A stretch of 64,000 bases of DNA from Promethearchaeota archaeon (lineage in GTDB: Archaea; Asgardarchaeota; Lokiarchaeia; Sigyniarchaeales; SOKP01): positions 43,134 through 107,133 of the forward strand of contig JAHPZJ010000017.1 in assembly GCA_019058245.1 (NCBI GenBank), written 5' to 3'. A model generated the notes under the pieces. That model was not told the origin of the DNA and did not search any database. It saw only the letters and a program-made list of their open reading frames with translations. A program made the position numbers and the translations under genes. Each line of letters starts with the position of its first letter. The stretch's first letter is position 1. Below are positions 20,952-31,536 of this stretch, piece after piece.

Positions 20952-21578
20952 CTAAGTTTTTGCAGCAAAAATATATCTTAGTTTATGAACATGTGCTCCA
21001 AGTTCACCATGTTTTTCTTTTTCTTCAATTATATCTGTATCAATTACACTAAATGCCTTAAAATGATCTAATAAATCTTTTTCTGTGAAGTAATGCGTTG
21101 GGCGGTAAGGTTTACTTTCAAAGGTATTTTCTTCTATCTTGGCGCCCTTTCCAAAACTCTCTTCTAACTCAGAAAAAACTGAGAAAAATACAAAACCATT
21201 ATCTTGAAGCTGGTTATAACATTTTGCTAAGAATATTGCTCGTTGATTTTCAACTAATAAATGAAGTACATTAAAGCAAAATATTGCATCATATTGCTCG
21301 TTGCTAAATGGCATATCTAATACAGAACCTAAGATCATTTTGGATTTTGAATCAAATTTTTTGGAGATCTTTATTGCTACTTCAGAAATTTCAATACCTG
21401 TTACTTCATAGTTGTTTGATGAAAAAAATTTAGTATGTCGTCCATAACCAGCACCAGGAATCAAAATTTTGTTGATATTATATTTTTTAAATAATTTAAG
21501 GGCATAAATTGCAGTTGTACTTGGCTTAGTTCCCCATATTTTTCCTTTATCCAAGAATCTACTATTCCAATATTCCAT
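20952..21578 (-). CDS. Class I SAM-dependent methyltransferase
   Basis: ILIPGAGYGRH, TGIEIS, YDAIFC. Confidence 0.88.
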   Translation of the reverse strand: MEYWNSRFLDKGKIWGTKPSTTAIYALKLFKKYNINKILIPGAGYGRHTKFFSSNNYEVTGIEISEVAIKISKKFDSKSKMILGSVLDMPFSNEQYDAIFCFNVLHLLVENQRAIFLAKCYNQLQDNGFVFFSVFSELEESFGKGAKIEENTFESKPYRPTHYFTEKDLLDHFKAFSVIDTDIIEEKEKHGELGAHVHKLRYIFAAKT

Positions 21579-21697
21579 AGGCGCTTAAGAGTAATTTGAC
21601 TAGAAGATAATATTATTCAGAAAAAAAATATATTAATAAATATTAAAATTTCTTTTTTATTGATTCAATGTTAGATTATTAGGAATGTCGTCAAAAA

Positions 21698-22822
21698 TTG
21701 CAAAATAAAGATAAATATATAAAAAGAATAGGTTTAATTGTAAATCCCATCGCAGGAATGGGAGGAAGCGTAGGACTTAAAGGAACAGATGGAAACATAT
21801 TTAGAAAAGCTGAAAAAATGGGTGCTATGCCTGTAACCCAGATTAGAGCAAATGAATTATTAGTGAATTTAAAAAATAAGGAAAGGATGACACTATTAGT
21901 GGCACCAGGTACAATGGGAGCTGAAATTGTTAGAAATCTTGGTATAAAATTTGAAATTATTGGCGAAATTGGTACTGAAACAACAGCTGCAGATACTAAA
22001 AGAATTGCGAAGCGAATGCTAGAAGAAAATATTGATCTTTTAATATTTTGTGGCGGAGATGGAACAGCACGGGACATTTTCGATTCAATTGGATTGGAAA
22101 AGCCTGTTGTTGCTCTACCTGCTGGAGTAAAAATGTTTAGTTCTGTTTTTGCTATAAATCCTAGAGCTGCGGCAGAGATAGTTGATAAATTTATCGAAGA
22201 AGCTATAGAAACCCAAGAAAAGGAGGTTCTTGATATTGATGAAGATCTAGTTCGTCAAGATATCTTACAAGCAAAATTATACGGATATTTGAAAGTACCA
22301 AAAATCTTAGGTTTAATACAAGCGGGAAAAGTCAGTTCTGGGATGGGGAGAACGATTGAAGAAAATAAACAAGAAATTGCTCAGTTCATAATCGAGAATA
22401 TGGAAAATGATATTTTATATTTACTTGGACCAGGTACTACGATAAAGACAATTACAGACAATCTTCAATTACCTAAAACTCTTCTTGGAATAGATGCTGT
22501 ATATAATAAAAAATCTATTGGATTAGATTTAAATGAGAAAAACATTCTTGAATTATTAAATCATTATAAAAAGGTAATAATCATTATTTCCCCCATTGGG
22601 GGTCAGGGTTTTCTTTTCGGACGTGGAAATAAGCAAATTACGCCTAAAATTCTAAAAATAATTGGAAAAGAGAATATTAGAGTCATATCAACTGTAGAGA
22701 AAATCAGACAGTTAGATTGTCTAAGAGTTGATACAGGAGATATTGAGATTGATAGGATGTTAATAGGTTTTACTAAAGTTATTACAGGCTATAAAGAAGA
22801 ACTTATAATTAAAGTAGAATAA
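21698..22822 (+). CDS. ATP-NAD kinase / AcoX-like family protein
   Basis: NPIAGMGGSVGLKGTDG, GGDGTARD, PAGVKMFS, GGQGFLFGRGN. Confidence 0.85.
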   Translation: MQNKDKYIKRIGLIVNPIAGMGGSVGLKGTDGNIFRKAEKMGAMPVTQIRANELLVNLKNKERMTLLVAPGTMGAEIVRNLGIKFEIIGEIGTETTAADTKRIAKRMLEENIDLLIFCGGDGTARDIFDSIGLEKPVVALPAGVKMFSSVFAINPRAAAEIVDKFIEEAIETQEKEVLDIDEDLVRQDILQAKLYGYLKVPKILGLIQAGKVSSGMGRTIEENKQEIAQFIIENMENDILYLLGPGTTIKTITDNLQLPKTLLGIDAVYNKKSIGLDLNEKNILELLNHYKKVIIIISPIGGQGFLFGRGNKQITPKILKIIGKENIRVISTVEKIRQLDCLRVDTGDIEIDRMLIGFTKVITGYKEELIIKVE

Positions 22823-22867
22823 TTAATTTAAATTTAAAATTATTTAATTTTTTTTAGTGTCAGAATT

Positions 22868-23839
22868 ATGAAAATTCAATTAAATATGAATGAAATGTAT
22901 AAAAAGCCCCCTAGAGAAATTATCGATCCTGTAAAAGAAAGTATTGATCAAATCAATCGCTATACTCCACAAAAGGAAGTGGATACTTTAATTGAACAAA
23001 TCTCTTATTATACAGAGGTTCCTTTTGAATCAATAGTATTAAGTACAGGGTCAGATCTCTTAATCAAAGAATTTATATTCCTCTTTTCAAATAATAAACA
23101 AATAATAATATCAGACCCAACTTTCGTAGTTATCAATAATTCTGCTCAAAAAACAAACTCTCCTCTACTAAAAATTCGAATAACTGAGCCAGATTTTAAA
23201 ATTCCTTTAAATTCTTTTCTTAATGAATTAAGTAAACCATCATTAGTAGTATTTGATAATCCAAATAATCCGACAGGCAATTTGACTCTAAATGAAAAAG
23301 ATGTTAAAACAATTTTAGAAAATGAAAATGTAATTATGTTAATAGATGAAGCATATTATGAATTCTCAAAAGCCAGTTTTGCAAATTTGATTAACGATTA
23401 TCCTAATCTTGCAATACTAAGGACGTTAAGCAAATCATTTGGTTTAGCAGGTTCGGGAATTGGATATTTATTAGCTGGTGACTTGATACAGAAAAAATTT
23501 CAAGGATTAGAAATAATGCTTCCTTATCCAAGTGTTATTGCTGGAATAAACGCCTTGAAATATCAAAAATATATGATAGAATATATCGATGAACTTCAAA
23601 ATGAAAAAATAAGAATTAACAAACATCTCTCTAAGTTAGAGATAATTTGTTTTCCTAGTTACGCGAACTTTTTATTAGTCAAAACAAATATTCCCAATAT
23701 ATCACAAATCCTAGCAGAATCTGGAATTTTAGTTCATGATGTCTCCAATCAATTAAGTTCCGAGTTTTTTCGAGTTACCATAGGCTCTAAAAAAGAAAAT
23801 GATTTCTTTTTACAAACAATTGAAAAAATTATAGCTTAA
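22868..23839 (+). CDS. Class I/II PLP aminotransferase (HisC/CobD-like)
   Basis: NPNNPTG, IDEAYYEF, RTLSKSFGLAG, ANF. Confidence 0.85.
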   Translation: MKIQLNMNEMYKKPPREIIDPVKESIDQINRYTPQKEVDTLIEQISYYTEVPFESIVLSTGSDLLIKEFIFLFSNNKQIIISDPTFVVINNSAQKTNSPLLKIRITEPDFKIPLNSFLNELSKPSLVVFDNPNNPTGNLTLNEKDVKTILENENVIMLIDEAYYEFSKASFANLINDYPNLAILRTLSKSFGLAGSGIGYLLAGDLIQKKFQGLEIMLPYPSVIAGINALKYQKYMIEYIDELQNEKIRINKHLSKLEIICFPSYANFLLVKTNIPNISQILAESGILVHDVSNQLSSEFFRVTIGSKKENDFFLQTIEKIIA

Positions 23840-23943
23840 TTATTAAATAAACAAAATGCTATAATAATAGAAATGTAGTAATTCAATATTTATTATGGAT
23901 TTAATATCTATATAGATTAATAATTAAATTTGATGATTATAAA

Positions 23944-24765
23944 ATGGTTGATAAGATAAGAACAATATGTATTGTCGGAGCGGGATTTATGGGAAAACAA
24001 ATAATGAAAAGATCAGCTCTTCATAATTACGTAATTCGTGTTTTTGATATAAATCTGAAAGTAGTCGATGAATATATAAAAAAATTAACAAAAAACTTAG
24101 GGAAAGATGGAATATCGGCAGAAATTAGCCTTCATTCTAAGCTTTCAGAAGCAGTGCAAAATGTTGACCTAATAATTGAAGCTGTTCCGGAAAAACTTGA
24201 ATTAAAAAAGGATATTTTTTCGAGAGTAGATAAATTAGCACCACTTCATGCAATTTTAGCTACTAATAGTTCATCATTTCCAGTTTCAAAAATAGAAGAT
24301 GTTGTTGAGAGAAAAGATAAAATTATGAATATTCATTTTTACAGTCTTTCTAAGTATCCAATGGCAGATCTTATGAAAGGAACACAAACAAGTGATGAAA
24401 CTTTTGAGAAAGGTAAGAAATGGGTCGAAAGTATTAATATTACTCCTCTTATTGTTAAAAAAGAAAGTTTTGGTTTTGTTTTCAATAGAATATGGCGAGC
24501 TATTAAAAAAGAATGCTTAAAAATTTGGGCGGGAGGACATGCCGATGTTGAGACAATAGATCAATCATGGAAAATCTTCACCGGTATGGATATTGGTCCC
24601 TTTACTTTAATGGATAACATTGGTCTTGAGGTAGTTTATGATATTGAAATGTCATACTACCATGAAAGTGGAGACATTAATGATATTCCACCTGATCTTC
24701 TTAAGGAGATGATGGATAAAGGATTTTTAGGACGAAAAAGTGGAAAGGGATTTTATACATATTAA
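23944..24765 (+). CDS. 3-hydroxyacyl-CoA dehydrogenase family protein
   Basis: GAGFMG, IEAVPE, ATNSSS, GFVFNR, GPFTLMD, LGRKSGKGFY. Confidence 0.9.
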   Translation: MVDKIRTICIVGAGFMGKQIMKRSALHNYVIRVFDINLKVVDEYIKKLTKNLGKDGISAEISLHSKLSEAVQNVDLIIEAVPEKLELKKDIFSRVDKLAPLHAILATNSSSFPVSKIEDVVERKDKIMNIHFYSLSKYPMADLMKGTQTSDETFEKGKKWVESINITPLIVKKESFGFVFNRIWRAIKKECLKIWAGGHADVETIDQSWKIFTGMDIGPFTLMDNIGLEVVYDIEMSYYHESGDINDIPPDLLKEMMDKGFLGRKSGKGFYTY

Positions 24766-24847
24766 ATAAGGTAAATTTTTTTTAAATGTTTAATTTTAAA
24801 AAGTAATTATCCTTGCGTTCTATTCACACAAATGATAAAATAATCTT

Positions 24848-25564
24848 ATGTCCGATAATAATAAAAGAGAAGTTAACAGAATTAAAGAACTTGAAAGTAT
24901 TAATTTATCAAGAGAAGAAATTAGAGATTTTGTTATTGAAACCAAGAAAGAAGTAGAAAAGGATAATGATTTATTAGCAAAACAACTAAATGATGAACTT
25001 AAGAAAAGAGGGATCAGATCAATAGATATTGTTGGCGCCATTGGAGCAGGGAAAACAGCACTTCTAGAAAAAATCGCTGAAAGATTATCAAAAAAGTATA
25101 GAATCTTAGTAATTTGTGGAGATATCACAACTAGAGTAGACGCTGATAGAATTGAGAAACATGATGTTAAAACAATTCAAATTAATACTGGAAGGGAATG
25201 TGCATTAAATGCATATCATATTTATCAAGTTTTAAAGAATCAAGATTTAGACAACTATGATCTAATTTTTATAGAAAATGTTGGAAATCTAATTTGTCCA
25301 TCTGATTTCAAATTAGGTACAGATATGAGAATGACAGTAGTTTCGATTACTGAGGGAGAATGGGTTGTTGAAAAACATCCAATGCTCTTTAAGATGTCTG
25401 ATGTCGCTGTTATTAATAAAATCGATCTTTTAGAGAGATTAGGAACTAATATTGACAAAATGGAAAATGATGCTAAGAATTTCAACCCACATATAAAAGT
25501 AATAAAAACAAGTGCTAAAACTAATGAAAATGTTGATTTACTAATTAAAACTCTTGAATTATAA
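24848..25564 (+). CDS. hypB: Hydrogenase nickel incorporation GTPase HypB
   Basis: GAIGAGKT, INTGREC, IENVGNLICP, SITEG, INKID. Confidence 0.9.
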   Translation: MSDNNKREVNRIKELESINLSREEIRDFVIETKKEVEKDNDLLAKQLNDELKKRGIRSIDIVGAIGAGKTALLEKIAERLSKKYRILVICGDITTRVDADRIEKHDVKTIQINTGRECALNAYHIYQVLKNQDLDNYDLIFIENVGNLICPSDFKLGTDMRMTVVSITEGEWVVEKHPMLFKMSDVAVINKIDLLERLGTNIDKMENDAKNFNPHIKVIKTSAKTNENVDLLIKTLEL

Positions 25565-25585
25565 AATTTATTAATGTGAGAAAAA

Positions 25586-26020
25586 ATGAAAAAAGATTTA
25601 GAAGAAATACAAAAGATTATTGGTAAGTTAGAGTTAAATTCCAAAACTCAAATTAAGGATTTATTAAATTATTTCTTGCAAACTCATCTTAATCGAAATA
25701 AAGTTGATAACTTTATTGGTGATTATCCCACCTTCATAGAACCTGTACATCTTGAAGATAATGTTAGAATTGGAGATGATGTACTATTAGGCCCGAATGT
25801 ATACATTGGTAAGGATTCTGAAATAAAAGATTATGTAGAAATATCGAATTCTATCATCTTTGATAATGTTTTTATCGGTAAAAATAATAAGTTAGGTAAT
25901 TGTATTATTGGAAAGAATACTTCATTGGTATGTGAAAATATTAATGTGAATAATTGCGTTATAGTTGGAAACATAAAAAGTAAAGAAGATCTTTATAAAA
26001 TCATATATAAATTTGAGTAA
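25586..26020 (+). CDS. Left-handed beta-helix (hexapeptide repeat) protein
   Basis: [IV]GxxVxI-type repeats such as VRIGDDVLLGPNVYIGKDSEI. Confidence 0.75.
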   Translation: MKKDLEEIQKIIGKLELNSKTQIKDLLNYFLQTHLNRNKVDNFIGDYPTFIEPVHLEDNVRIGDDVLLGPNVYIGKDSEIKDYVEISNSIIFDNVFIGKNNKLGNCIIGKNTSLVCENINVNNCVIVGNIKSKEDLYKIIYKFE

Positions 26021-26120
26021 ATCACATTATAGAATAATTTTTGATACCCCAATGCTTTTTCAAGATAATATTATAAATATTGATAATTTTTTTCAATTAG
26101 AAATTCATAATATTTATCCT

Positions 26121-26163
26121 GAAAGGTAAATTCAGAGTCTGATTTCAATGAAAATTTGGTGAA
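26121..26163 (+). repeat. 43-bp imperfect direct repeat, copy 1
   Basis: gaaaggtaaattca-gagtc-tgatttcaatgaaaatttggtgaa; 38/43 identical to 27270..27312. Confidence 0.85.
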
Positions 26164-26227
26164 AAAGTAGTAAAGGTTTAAAAATCTAATTCTATAAATA
26201 TATTACAAATCCTGTAGTAAATAAAAT

Positions 26228-27247
26228 GTGAATGGTTATATGAGATTTAGTAGTCTATCAATGACAAGTACCACACATATAAGGTGCAAAGTTGGTGTAC
26301 TAGCTGCATTCCTTGCTCATCCAAGGTATGAGTCAAATGAAGACCTTATCCGTGAAGCAAAAACTTATGTTTTAGGTCATCATGCAAAATGGGCTTATGC
26401 ATTCCATCTACCTAAAGAGGAAGCATTCGAAGTACTATCTAGGTGCCTTCCAGAAATTACTAGAAGACAGCAATCAACAGGTATGTGGAGACGGAAAAAT
26501 GCTGATATATATACTTATGGGATTTTAAGAGCCTTGAAACATGCTGAACTTCTCGATCAAGATACCTTTCGTTATGACTTATACCAAGAATTTCGAGAGA
26601 AAACCGATCTTATCAGCACTCTTGTAAGGAGAAATATAATGAACAAATCTACTAATGTAGAAAATGTTGTTGCTGAATTATTTTCTACTCAAGGAAAAAA
26701 TGGTTCTTGGTTTAATAGTCTCTCTGCAACCTGTTTTCAGCTACAAACTTTGATAGAATTAGGTATTGATGCTAAGCATGAATCAATTTCCATGGCTATC
26801 AAATGGCTTTTTGAACAGTTTCATGAAAAATTTGAAGGAAGAGCGAGGACTTGGAGATTTGATTTTGAAAATATTTTTTTAGCAGATAACTATGCCGCTG
26901 AACAAGATGGTTTTCGACGGGTTGCTCCAGAACACGGCAAAATGGGTTGTATCAGTTCTTTACTATCTGGTATTGGTAGTTTTATTATCGGGAATCCTGC
27001 AATAACCACCGCTATAGCACTCTATACATTGACTAGGTTAGGATATGAGAATGATAAAAGAATATTAGATGGATATGAAAATCTATATAATATTCGAGGA
27101 TTTGGTGGGAGTAATGGAGATATTAATGAATTTGTTTGGTGTGTGGGAGTTTATAAACCAAATTCTGTACATTATGATCTACAAAGAACAGGCATTAATT
27201 ACGATGAATATCTGCAAATAGTGAAAGAAAGAAAAAATAATAAATGA
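26228..27247 (+). CDS. Hypothetical protein with prenyltransferase/squalene-cyclase-like QxxxGxW repeats
   Basis: QQSTGMW and TQGKNGSW motifs, AIKWL helix. Start may be the ATG at 26240. Confidence 0.6.
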   Translation: MNGYMRFSSLSMTSTTHIRCKVGVLAAFLAHPRYESNEDLIREAKTYVLGHHAKWAYAFHLPKEEAFEVLSRCLPEITRRQQSTGMWRRKNADIYTYGILRALKHAELLDQDTFRYDLYQEFREKTDLISTLVRRNIMNKSTNVENVVAELFSTQGKNGSWFNSLSATCFQLQTLIELGIDAKHESISMAIKWLFEQFHEKFEGRARTWRFDFENIFLADNYAAEQDGFRRVAPEHGKMGCISSLLSGIGSFIIGNPAITTAIALYTLTRLGYENDKRILDGYENLYNIRGFGGSNGDINEFVWCVGVYKPNSVHYDLQRTGINYDEYLQIVKERKNNK

Positions 27248-27269
27248 AAAATCCTTTGAAATTAGAATG

Positions 27270-27312
27270 GAAAGGTAAATTCACGATTTGATTTCAATGA
27301 AAATTTTGTGAA
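27270..27312 (+). repeat. 43-bp imperfect direct repeat, copy 2
   Basis: gaaaggtaaattca-cgatt-tgatttcaatgaaaattttgtgaa. Confidence 0.85.
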
Positions 27313-27557
27313 GACCAATTATCGATAAACAAATAAACTTGAAAGGGAGCTATTTATGTGAAGATCTCTTCAATTTGCTTTAGATTTACTACTTTTTTTT
27401 TTAGAGTTGAAGGTAGTTTTTTAATAATCTTCTCGTCAGCTTATAGAAAAAATACTTATCATCGTGAAACCCCTCTTTTACGATCTATTATATACATTTA
27501 GATATCATTTGCCTATTATCTATGAGATATTTTAATAAACTATTTAAGAGTAAAGAT

Positions 27558-28436
27558 TTAATTATTTAAAATATCTTCTTTACTTTTTTCAATTTTTATC
27601 AAAAGCTTTCCAACAGCTTTATGACTTGTGAGTTGTAGCCATGCTAATAACCAATACCATCTTGGTACAAATACTTCTCTTTTATATTTTCGTGAAGCTT
27701 TCATTACCGTTTTTGCCACATCTTTAACATCCACAAATTTATATAAAAAACCTCGTTTCTGATAATACTCCGCCCATTTTTTCATTCCTGGTGTTGATTC
27801 CCAAAATTTTGTTTTTGCTGGTGCTGAACAGATAGTAATTACTTGAATATTATGGTTTTGCATTCTGAACTCTGATCGAAGAGAATCTGCTAATCCAACA
27901 ACAGCATATTTACTCATTGAGTAAGCCGCCATATTTGGTATACCTGTTTTACCCGCAGAACTTGATGAAAAGATTAGTTGTCCTTCTTTTCGATTTGGAA
28001 ATTTTTTTGATGGAGCTGGGCTACCTATATATGGAAGTGCTGCTTGCAATACTAACCACATACCATCAACATTTATAGACATGATCTTTCGATATTCTTC
28101 AAAAGTTCCTCCATTTGTAATTGAACAAGTAGTTCCTATACCTGCATTATTATATAAAATATCAATATATTGCTCTTTTTCGCCAATATTTTTTATAACA
28201 CGCTCAATTTGTTCTCGATTTGTGAGATCAAATTCATAGCTTTCCACATATTCTGCTCCCAAATCTTTTAATTCCACCTTCAACTTATTTAAAGCTTCAT
28301 TAGGAAGATCTAGTAGATACATTCTCATTCCTAAAGGTGCAAACTGACGACAAACCTCACTTCCGATATCACCAGTTGCTCCTGTTATTACAAATACTTT
28401 ACTTGTATACCATTTCTTTTTCATAATAAAAACCAA
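27558..28436 (-). CDS. Short-chain dehydrogenase/reductase
   Basis: TGATGDIG, NNAG, catalytic YSMSK. Confidence 0.92.
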   Translation of the reverse strand: MVFIMKKKWYTSKVFVITGATGDIGSEVCRQFAPLGMRMYLLDLPNEALNKLKVELKDLGAEYVESYEFDLTNREQIERVIKNIGEKEQYIDILYNNAGIGTTCSITNGGTFEEYRKIMSINVDGMWLVLQAALPYIGSPAPSKKFPNRKEGQLIFSSSSAGKTGIPNMAAYSMSKYAVVGLADSLRSEFRMQNHNIQVITICSAPAKTKFWESTPGMKKWAEYYQKRGFLYKFVDVKDVAKTVMKASRKYKREVFVPRWYWLLAWLQLTSHKAVGKLLIKIEKSKEDILNN

Positions 28437-28464
28437 ATAACCATTTTAGAGAATAAAATCCCTT

Positions 28465-29184
28465 TTACGTAAAAACTTTAGCTAAATAATTACCACTTTC
28501 TTCTTTATAGAGAATTTTGCATGATAATCCAACTTTTAGAGCACATTCATAAAGAGTCTCAGGATCGATATGTAATAGTTGAAATTTGTCTCCTAATTTC
28601 CCTTTGTATTTCATTTGGCAACCTATTTCACCAATATATCTTCCCAATTTGCGATTTCTTTCATGATATTCAAGATGAATCCGTTTTGTAGTTTGTCGAA
28701 TATCTTTAGAATCGAATAATACCATCCCACTAGGATTTAGGAGAGTTTTACAATAATTCAAAAATCTTTTCATTCCATTCAAGTTCTCTACGAATCCTAT
28801 TGAATTTCCTAAAAGAAGAATTGTGTCAAATGAATTCCTATCTAAATCGTAAATGTTAGAACAGTATACATGTTGAACTCCCCTTCGTTTCATTATTTCA
28901 CACGCATGAGGTGATATATCTAGTGCATGAACCTCCAGACCTAGTTTCTGAAGTTCAAGACTATGTGGTCCCACTCCTGCTCCAATATCTAAAATTTTGC
29001 CCTTACATATTTCTAATGCTTTTTTCTCCAAATTTGAAAAATAATTGGATGTCCTAAAAAAAGGTTGTATAAGAAGCTTAGTTTCTAATCCATCATCTCG
29101 ACAAAAAATAACTTTTGCTCTTTTTTTACCATTATAAAAATCTTTAAGTGCTAAACCAAAAGGTTCCATTGCTTTTTCTGACAT
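28465..29184 (-). CDS. Class I SAM-dependent methyltransferase
   Basis: ILDIGAGVG, ALDIS, FDTILLLGN. Confidence 0.9.
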   Translation of the reverse strand: MSEKAMEPFGLALKDFYNGKKRAKVIFCRDDGLETKLLIQPFFRTSNYFSNLEKKALEICKGKILDIGAGVGPHSLELQKLGLEVHALDISPHACEIMKRRGVQHVYCSNIYDLDRNSFDTILLLGNSIGFVENLNGMKRFLNYCKTLLNPSGMVLFDSKDIRQTTKRIHLEYHERNRKLGRYIGEIGCQMKYKGKLGDKFQLLHIDPETLYECALKVGLSCKILYKEESGNYLAKVFT

Positions 29185-29204
29185 TTTTAGTTTAACTTGG
29201 AATT

Positions 29205-29588
29205 CTATTCCCCCTTTTTTACAACACCATTAAAGGAAGAAAATTGATTAAAAATTACTTTAGCATCTCCCTCAATCTTAGCAAAAATATTAACAGGACT
29301 AGCAGCAACAGGTTTATCACCTGAACTTGCAGGGGTAGAACCCCAAAAAATACAGAATCCTTGTCCACTAATCCAGTATCCAACATCTCCAACATCACAT
29401 TCAATCTGAGAGTTTTCTGAAGGAATTGAGACAGGACAATCACCATATAGCTCTTCACCCCATCTGGATAAATTTACTTCAAATGGAAGAGTATCCCAAA
29501 TTGCTTGGCATGTCTTAGGGTTTTTATCAAGTAGTAATTTTGCTTTAATTTTTCCTATCTTCTCATTTTCAATGAAGATATATTCCAT
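29205..29588 (-). CDS. Cyclophilin-like fold protein
   Basis: PKTC..LP, RWGEELY, GDVGYW, FCIFWG, SPVN. Confidence 0.82.
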   Translation of the reverse strand: MEYIFIENEKIGKIKAKLLLDKNPKTCQAIWDTLPFEVNLSRWGEELYGDCPVSIPSENSQIECDVGDVGYWISGQGFCIFWGSTPASSGDKPVAASPVNIFAKIEGDAKVIFNQFSSFNGVVKKGE

Positions 29589-29863
29589 ATCAATTCACTC
29601 TAATTTGATGTTAAAAATGAGTAAGATTTCTTATTATTTAAAGAAATATCCTTAAAAAATTTTAAAAAGCAATAAACCTAAAAAAAATTTAAAAAAGAAT
29701 CCTATAAAATATGATTAACTTCAATAGGACTATTCTTCCCGTTCATATAAATAAAACAGACAATCCAGAGTATTAGTATTAAAAAATAAGCATGAAGGAA
29801 AGTGAAAAATAGAAGATTTAAGTTTCTATACAGTAATTATAAGAAAGCTATTAAAAAATAATT

Positions 29864-30880
29864 CTAATAAAAAATAGATGGATTTTTTAGAAAATAAAGA
29901 GTTTTATTGGGAAGATTTTTTCTTAATAAAATCTCAAGTTCTTCTAATTTTAGAATATATTTTGAAACTGTATTTTGATGCATCTTTAAATCTTTTGATA
30001 TTCTATATTTTGGGGATCCATTAGGATTTTTTTTTAGGTAATTAATTATCTTTAGAGTTCTTTCCCTGCCCATAAAATGCAAAATTTTTGCGTTTTCTTC
30101 TGAAAGACTTGAATTATAATAGATCTCTCTATTTTCTACATTAGTTTTTTTAATAAAGTTGAATTTCAGAAGCATGTTTAAATGCCATTTAACTAAAAAT
30201 ATCGACATTCCTAAAAGATTAATAATACACATAAAATGAATTCCTGGATTATTTAAAATTGTATTATATATCTTTAATCGATTAGAATTTTTAAGAACGT
30301 CATCCTGAGTAAGTTTAGAACCATCTACTAAAATATTTTTTTTTATTAAACTATTGATTGCTGTTTGTATACCATTTTTATTCATATATGATTCTGATTT
30401 AGATAATCTAGCATTTAGATATGAAATAATTTTGTTAACTTCTAAAAAACGATTCTTAGAAAGGTATTCTTGAATTAAATTTAACACAAGACACTCTTGT
30501 GCAGAGATTTCTTTATTTATCTGATGATTAACAGCATTTTTTTTAACCTCGTCATTGTCTAATTTTTTGTATTTTTTGATAATAATAGTTAAGGCCGTAA
30601 TAAAGAGGATTGCTCCAAGTGAAAACGCTTCTTTAAATGAATCCTCTATTTGTATTTGAGAGCGTGTAATACCTAAATATATTCCAGAATTAAATTTAGA
30701 TATAAAAACAATATTTTCTTCATTATACTCTATATTTGGTTGAGGTAAATCTTCTAAAATCTCATTCTTATTTGAAAAAATATAACTTTCAGATATTATA
30801 GTTATTGTACTAATAAAGAAAATAACTAAAACTAATAGAGTTTTTAGATTCAGACCCTTTCTCGAATGAGAGATTTTCAT
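29864..30880 (-). CDS. Membrane-anchored winged-helix transcriptional regulator
   Basis: Two hydrophobic helices near the N-terminus; C-terminal tandem wHTH (NRLKIYNTILNNPGIHF, KYILKLEELEIL). Confidence 0.72.
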   Translation of the reverse strand: MKISHSRKGLNLKTLLVLVIFFISTITIISESYIFSNKNEILEDLPQPNIEYNEENIVFISKFNSGIYLGITRSQIQIEDSFKEAFSLGAILFITALTIIIKKYKKLDNDEVKKNAVNHQINKEISAQECLVLNLIQEYLSKNRFLEVNKIISYLNARLSKSESYMNKNGIQTAINSLIKKNILVDGSKLTQDDVLKNSNRLKIYNTILNNPGIHFMCIINLLGMSIFLVKWHLNMLLKFNFIKKTNVENREIYYNSSLSEENAKILHFMGRERTLKIINYLKKNPNGSPKYRISKDLKMHQNTVSKYILKLEELEILLRKNLPNKTLYFLKNPSIFY

Positions 30881-31066
30881 TTACAAAAACAATACTATTT
30901 TTTATAATTAAATTAAATCATTGAATATAATTAATAATTAACTCTTAATAAGAGGCAAAATCATATTTTCTTTAAATAATTATCATGTAGCAAAGTGATC
31001 AGTTAATTAAATTAGCATTAATTCTAATTCTATAGCTATGATAAAAATTTAAAAACGTATGAGAAT

Positions 31067-31510
31067 ATGGCAAAAGATAATAAAAAAAATTTACCATCAA
31101 ATCCAATTGAGGCTCAAGGTTTATTAATTAAAGCTATATATAAAAAATTCGGAGAAGAAGCATTGCCTATTATAAAAGAAGTGTGTGGTATGCAAGGAAA
31201 ATCGCTTGGATTAAAAATTAGAAAAAAAATTCCTAATACAAATTTGTCTACAGTAGCAACAGCATTTTCAAAAACTTTTGACCAAAATTCTGTTAAGATA
31301 ATTTCGATATCAGATGATAAGTTCCAGATTCAAGGGAGGAAGTGTCCCTTTGGTCTTGAAAATACATCTAGAGCTTTATGTGAAGCTGTAATGGCTATTG
31401 ATCATGAATACTTTCGCACAGCTACTAATGATAAGATCGAACTTAAAATTCTTAAAACTGTAGCTGGAGGTGACCCTTATTGTGATACCGTTTATAAGAA
31501 AAAAAGTTAA
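31067..31510 (+). CDS. ATC-hydrolase/V4R-like small ligand-binding protein
   Basis: KCPFG..LCEAVMAID..KTVAGGDPYC pattern. Confidence 0.65.
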   Translation: MAKDNKKNLPSNPIEAQGLLIKAIYKKFGEEALPIIKEVCGMQGKSLGLKIRKKIPNTNLSTVATAFSKTFDQNSVKIISISDDKFQIQGRKCPFGLENTSRALCEAVMAIDHEYFRTATNDKIELKILKTVAGGDPYCDTVYKKKS

Positions 31511-31536
31511 CCATATTCTTCTAAATCCAATAAATT

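Noticed and set aside
24848-25564. Hydrogenase operon around hypB
   Set aside because: No other hyp or hydrogenase large/small subunit genes are present in the window.
26121-27312. CRISPR array (repeat contains the reverse complement of ATTGAAAT)
   Set aside because: Only two copies about 1.1 kb apart, no regular spacers and no cas genes.
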